Origin: Thermoplasmatota archaeon
Lineage (GTDB): Archaea; Thermoplasmatota; E2; DHVEG-1
Direction of reading: 5' to 3'
Assembly: GCA_025457885.1 (NCBI GenBank)
Contig: JALOTN010000007.1
Location: forward strand, 1,726-65,725
DNA length: 64,000 nucleotides
The notes beneath the pieces are model-generated. The model made no database searches and was not told the origin of the DNA. It saw only the letters and a program-made list of their open reading frames with translations. Positions 63,591 through 64,000 of this stretch are shown here, one piece after another (position 1 is the stretch's first letter; each line of letters begins with the position of its first letter). A program made the translations under genes and the position numbers.

Positions 63591-64000
63591 TTAGTCTTTT
63601 TTATAAATCTCCCGTAAAGGAATGTAGAACACTAACAGAGCGATAAAGAACCATATGAGAAGCCCTGGGAGAACCGGTGGGATATCAAAGACAGTAATGT
63701 GTAAACCCGTAATGATAATGAAAGCAACAATCACTCCTGTTAATGCTTCCCCTGCGATGAGCCCTGCGGTGAACAACAGTCCGGTTCTGATGATTCGATC
63801 CCGTGGTTTTACTTCCGTCTGTTTAATCGCCAGGTCCCATTCGTTTAATGTTTCTCCGTCGGTTGTCCCATACCTGGCATCGATTTTTTTATTGGTGATA
63901 TATCGAATCACTCCCCCGCAGAAGATAGGGGTTGCCAGGGTGAAGGGAAGATAAATACCAATAGCGACAGGAAGGACTGGTAAGTTGATGAGGATGAGCA
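63591..64000 (-). CDS. OPT-family oligopeptide transporter, C-terminal part (5' end outside window)
   Basis: The frame stays open to nt 64000 (..LILINLPVLPVAIGIYLPFTLATPIFCGGVIRYI..), then continues GLLFTAGLIAGEALTGVIVAFI. Confidence 0.55.
   Translation of the reverse strand, partial: LILINLPVLPVAIGIYLPFTLATPIFCGGVIRYITNKKIDARYGTTDGETLNEWDLAIKQTEVKPRDRIIRTGLLFTAGLIAGEALTGVIVAFIIITGLHITVFDIPPVLPGLLIWFFIALLVFYIPLREIYKKD

Noticed and set aside
1-64000. CRISPR arrays, cas genes, rRNA genes, IS transposases or integrases
   Set aside because: I saw no regularly spaced direct repeats and no recognisable Cas, transposase (DDE) or tyrosine/serine recombinase motifs in any listed ORF. The only mobile-element signature is the tRNA-Arg repeat pair.

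Overview
This is an archaeal (euryarchaeal-type) chromosomal segment. The lineage call rests on ribosomal proteins S15 and L15e, a methanogen-type (type 2) seryl-tRNA synthetase, a Cdc45/RecJ-like DHH protein next to S15, Pcc1, a TIGR01210 radical SAM protein next to TrmI, a PGF-CTERM surface protein, and TATA-box promoters. Housekeeping genes (rnhB, serC, cysS, ahcY, ribA, paaK) are interleaved with many secreted or surface proteins. These include two C25 gingipain-like peptidases, a papain-PKD fusion, a tandem M28-PKD pair, two ASST-like beta-propellers, two PQQ-like beta-propellers, an FG-GAP/PKD protein and a three-gene beta-helix cassette. Two tRNAs are present: Thr-CGU and Arg-CCU. The most interesting locus is a tight minus-strand operon at 56.3-61.7 kb. 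It carries two paralogous radical SAM/SPASM enzymes, a SAM-methyltransferase-TPR fusion and a PaaK/coenzyme-F390-synthetase-like ligase. Two homologous, cysteine-free, Tyr/Gly/Pro-rich small ORFs (shared GPPxYxG..YGT motif) bracket the operon. I read it as a candidate RiPP-type peptide maturation system that I cannot assign to a named class. Directly beside it, tRNA-Arg is followed by an AT-rich 1.7 kb islet carrying an AbiEi/AbiEii module, and the islet ends in a degenerate copy of the tRNA 3' end. Other notable items:
- a frameshifted copy in the M28-PKD tandem pair
- a relic antiporter 3' fragment in an AT-rich block
- a putative glucosylglycerate-type compatible-solute cluster
- recurring C-terminal tail and beta-sandwich modules in the secreted proteins
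All functional calls come from motif recognition by eye. Where N-terminal extensions in the ORF track looked spurious, I adjusted the start codon.
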